A stretch of DNA of 49,083 nt from Paraspadella gotoi (taxonomy: Eukaryota > Animalia > Chaetognatha). Where the stretch lies: positions 25,512,350-25,561,432 of the forward strand of contig CM119265.1 of the NCBI GenBank assembly GCA_051294375.1, given 5' to 3'. The notes under the pieces were generated by a model. It was given only the letters and a program-made list of their open reading frames with translations, was not told the DNA's origin and did no database searches. A program made the translations under genes and the position numbers. Below, one piece after another: positions 47,180 to 49,083 of this stretch; positions within the stretch are counted from its first letter, which is position 1; each line of letters begins with the position of its first letter.

Positions 47180-48840
47180 TGGAGACGAGAGAGAGAGAGA
47201 GAGAGATGAGAGAGAGAGACGAGAGAGTTCCGAAATTTTAATTTTTTTTCAATTGAATTTTTTAAAAAAGTTGTTCTTGTCAGGGGCAAGGGGGCTTTTC
47301 GAGCGAGGGCAACGTCGCTATGGTGTTCCCATCGTACTACGTGGAGAAAGAGGGTTTTGGAAGAATGTGACTACAGGGGGTTTAAAATGTCAATACGTGA
47401 GACAACTACGACGACTAAATTCGACACATGGTTCGTTTTTGAGTAACGAGTAGCTTTGGTTTTGAAGGTGGCAGAACAAGACCTCAGTGAAAAGTTGTGC
47501 TTTTAAACCTCTTGTGATAAATTGTCTCCGACACCGAAACATTAAGCGGTGATCGATCGCTGCCAAAAGTTCGTGGACGAAGGCGCGTGTTGGTGGAAGA
47601 TCCTTTCTTTTCCCTTGTATTTCTCACGTTAACGACGGCATTGAAGTCAACTCCTCTAAGCACATCTCACGGTTTTTCCCCTTAATAGGTTAGCGTCGCG
47701 TTGGGGTCGTGAATATTTCAAAAGGGGGAAATACGTCAGCGTGTGAAATCTCTCGGTGTTACATCACCGTGAATAAGTCACCCGAGTGAAGCAGTGAAAT
47801 ACTCTCTCTCTCACTCTCTTTCTCTCTCTCTCATCTCCTGACGTCAAAAATAATCGGTCACACGCATTCGTGGGTTTTTTTGAATGAAGGGTCTCACATA
47901 GGTTGGCCAAGGTTTAATGAAGAGCAATTACTAATATTTTTTGTCTTTTTGGTTTACGCATTTGTAACCTTCATCAATTTTTGTGATCAAAGTTTATACG
48001 CAGTGATTCGCTTTTTTTCAAAAAATTGCTGTTTCAAATAAAGCCTAAATTAATCAATATATCAGAATGTTTAATAAAAAAAAAAGTTTTCTCTGATTAA
48101 CCCCTCAAAATGAACTGCAAGTCTCTCTTACTCACGTATTTACTCTTGCCCATTGGGCGATTTCAATTTCATTGTTGCATAAAAGTCCCCACCCCGAATA
48201 AGCTCATAATGCGCACGCCCCAACGCCTCTCTTCTCTCTCCTCTCTCCATCCTCCCTCTGCTCTCTCTCTTCCTCTCTCGTCTCATCTGCTCTCACTCTC
48301 TTCTCCTCCCCACCTCCATCTCATTCCTCACATCTCCTTCTCGCCAGCGCCATCGAGCATCCCTCGATCTTCTCTCTTCCTCTCCAAACTCACACGCGCA
48401 TCGTCGGCGAAATTTCTTTTTATTGTGAAACTTTATCGTTCCAAGTGACGTAGTTCGTTCCGAGGGGCACCAATCGGAGTCAAAGACGTAAGATCAACCA
48501 ATGAATAGGAATGTCGGTCGTATTTTCGGCGAAATGAGAACGATAACTTTCGATCCTTTCGACGGTCGCGTCGCGAAAATCGTGAGAAGGCGAATCTCTC
48601 GACTAATCAGTAGACCGCGATTCAGAGTCAAAAGGCCAATGGCAGGAAGTGGGGCCGAATCGGCCGGATACGTGAAGTTATGACATTCAAACCGAAATTT
48701 TCGCGATGGCGACATTTTCGTAAAAATGTTTTGGGGTCGCCGTGCGGGAAAGAACGGACGCTGCCTTACCCCCCCCCGCCCCTGTACCCCCCCCGCCCCA
48801 AAACTCCCTCTCCCGCCCTCGTACTCCTCGCCTTTTTCCC
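40372..48840 (+). repeat. 8.5-kb tandem duplication, copy 2
   Basis: It is bounded by 25-N spacers at 40347-40371 and 48841-48865. It appears identical to copy 1 apart from the first ~150-200 bp. Confidence 0.97.
43292..43568 (+). repeat. Minisatellite, ~69-bp unit x4 (duplicate copy)
   Basis: It is the same as 34798-35074 at +8494. Confidence 0.9.
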
Positions 48841-48865
48841 NNNNNNNNNNNNNNNNNNNNNNNNN

Positions 48866-49083
48866 GCGGCGGCGGCGGTGGCGGCGGCGGGCTTAAGGTT
48901 CTCTATCCTATTGTAGTCCTTGTCGTCGTCGTCGTCGTCGTCGTCGCAGTGGTTGTTCTTGAAAGAGAAATCTTGTCTTCTACTTAAATGATTTTTTCAA
49001 CTTCACTTTATCTATTCCAAGTCGACTTCATCTAATTGTTTGTATTGTTAAATTTTCTATGTTTAACTTTGGTTTTTTTTCGT
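48866..49083 (+). repeat. Third, indel-divergent partial copy of ~35105-35322
   Basis: gcgggcttaaggttctctatccta..(gtc)n..gcagtggttgttcttga.. matches 35125-35322 and 43619-43816. Confidence 0.9.

Overview
This window is AT-rich, microsatellite-dense eukaryotic DNA, most likely from an invertebrate animal draft assembly. It is not prokaryotic, and almost all ORFs in the supplied track are low-complexity artefacts. Reading across GT-AG introns and small indels gives four gene-like structures. (1) Two tandem + strand paralogues of a multi-pass membrane protein share intron positions: paralogue A at about 8035-10102 and paralogue B at about 10731-13748. A second copy of B's last three exons lies at 276-3463. 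(2) Inside B, the splice acceptor plus the first ~83 nt of an exon is tandemly repeated five times (11003-11562). (3) A probable first coding exon of another + strand gene ends in a hydrophobic segment (15170-15563, copy at 4831-5221). (4) A small - strand spliced gene start encodes an N-terminal membrane anchor (22352-22627). Much of the window is redundant: 1-6320 recurs at 12009-16639, about 6300-7650 recurs inverted within 16665-18025, and about 31880-40346 recurs almost exactly at 40372-48840. The junctions or ends of these blocks coincide with 25-N spacers, which points to long-read gap-filling artefacts rather than biology. No CRISPR array, rRNA, intact tRNA or intact transposase was seen. 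I found no clearly novel multi-gene system; the best leads are the acceptor/exon tandem array and the paralogue pair.
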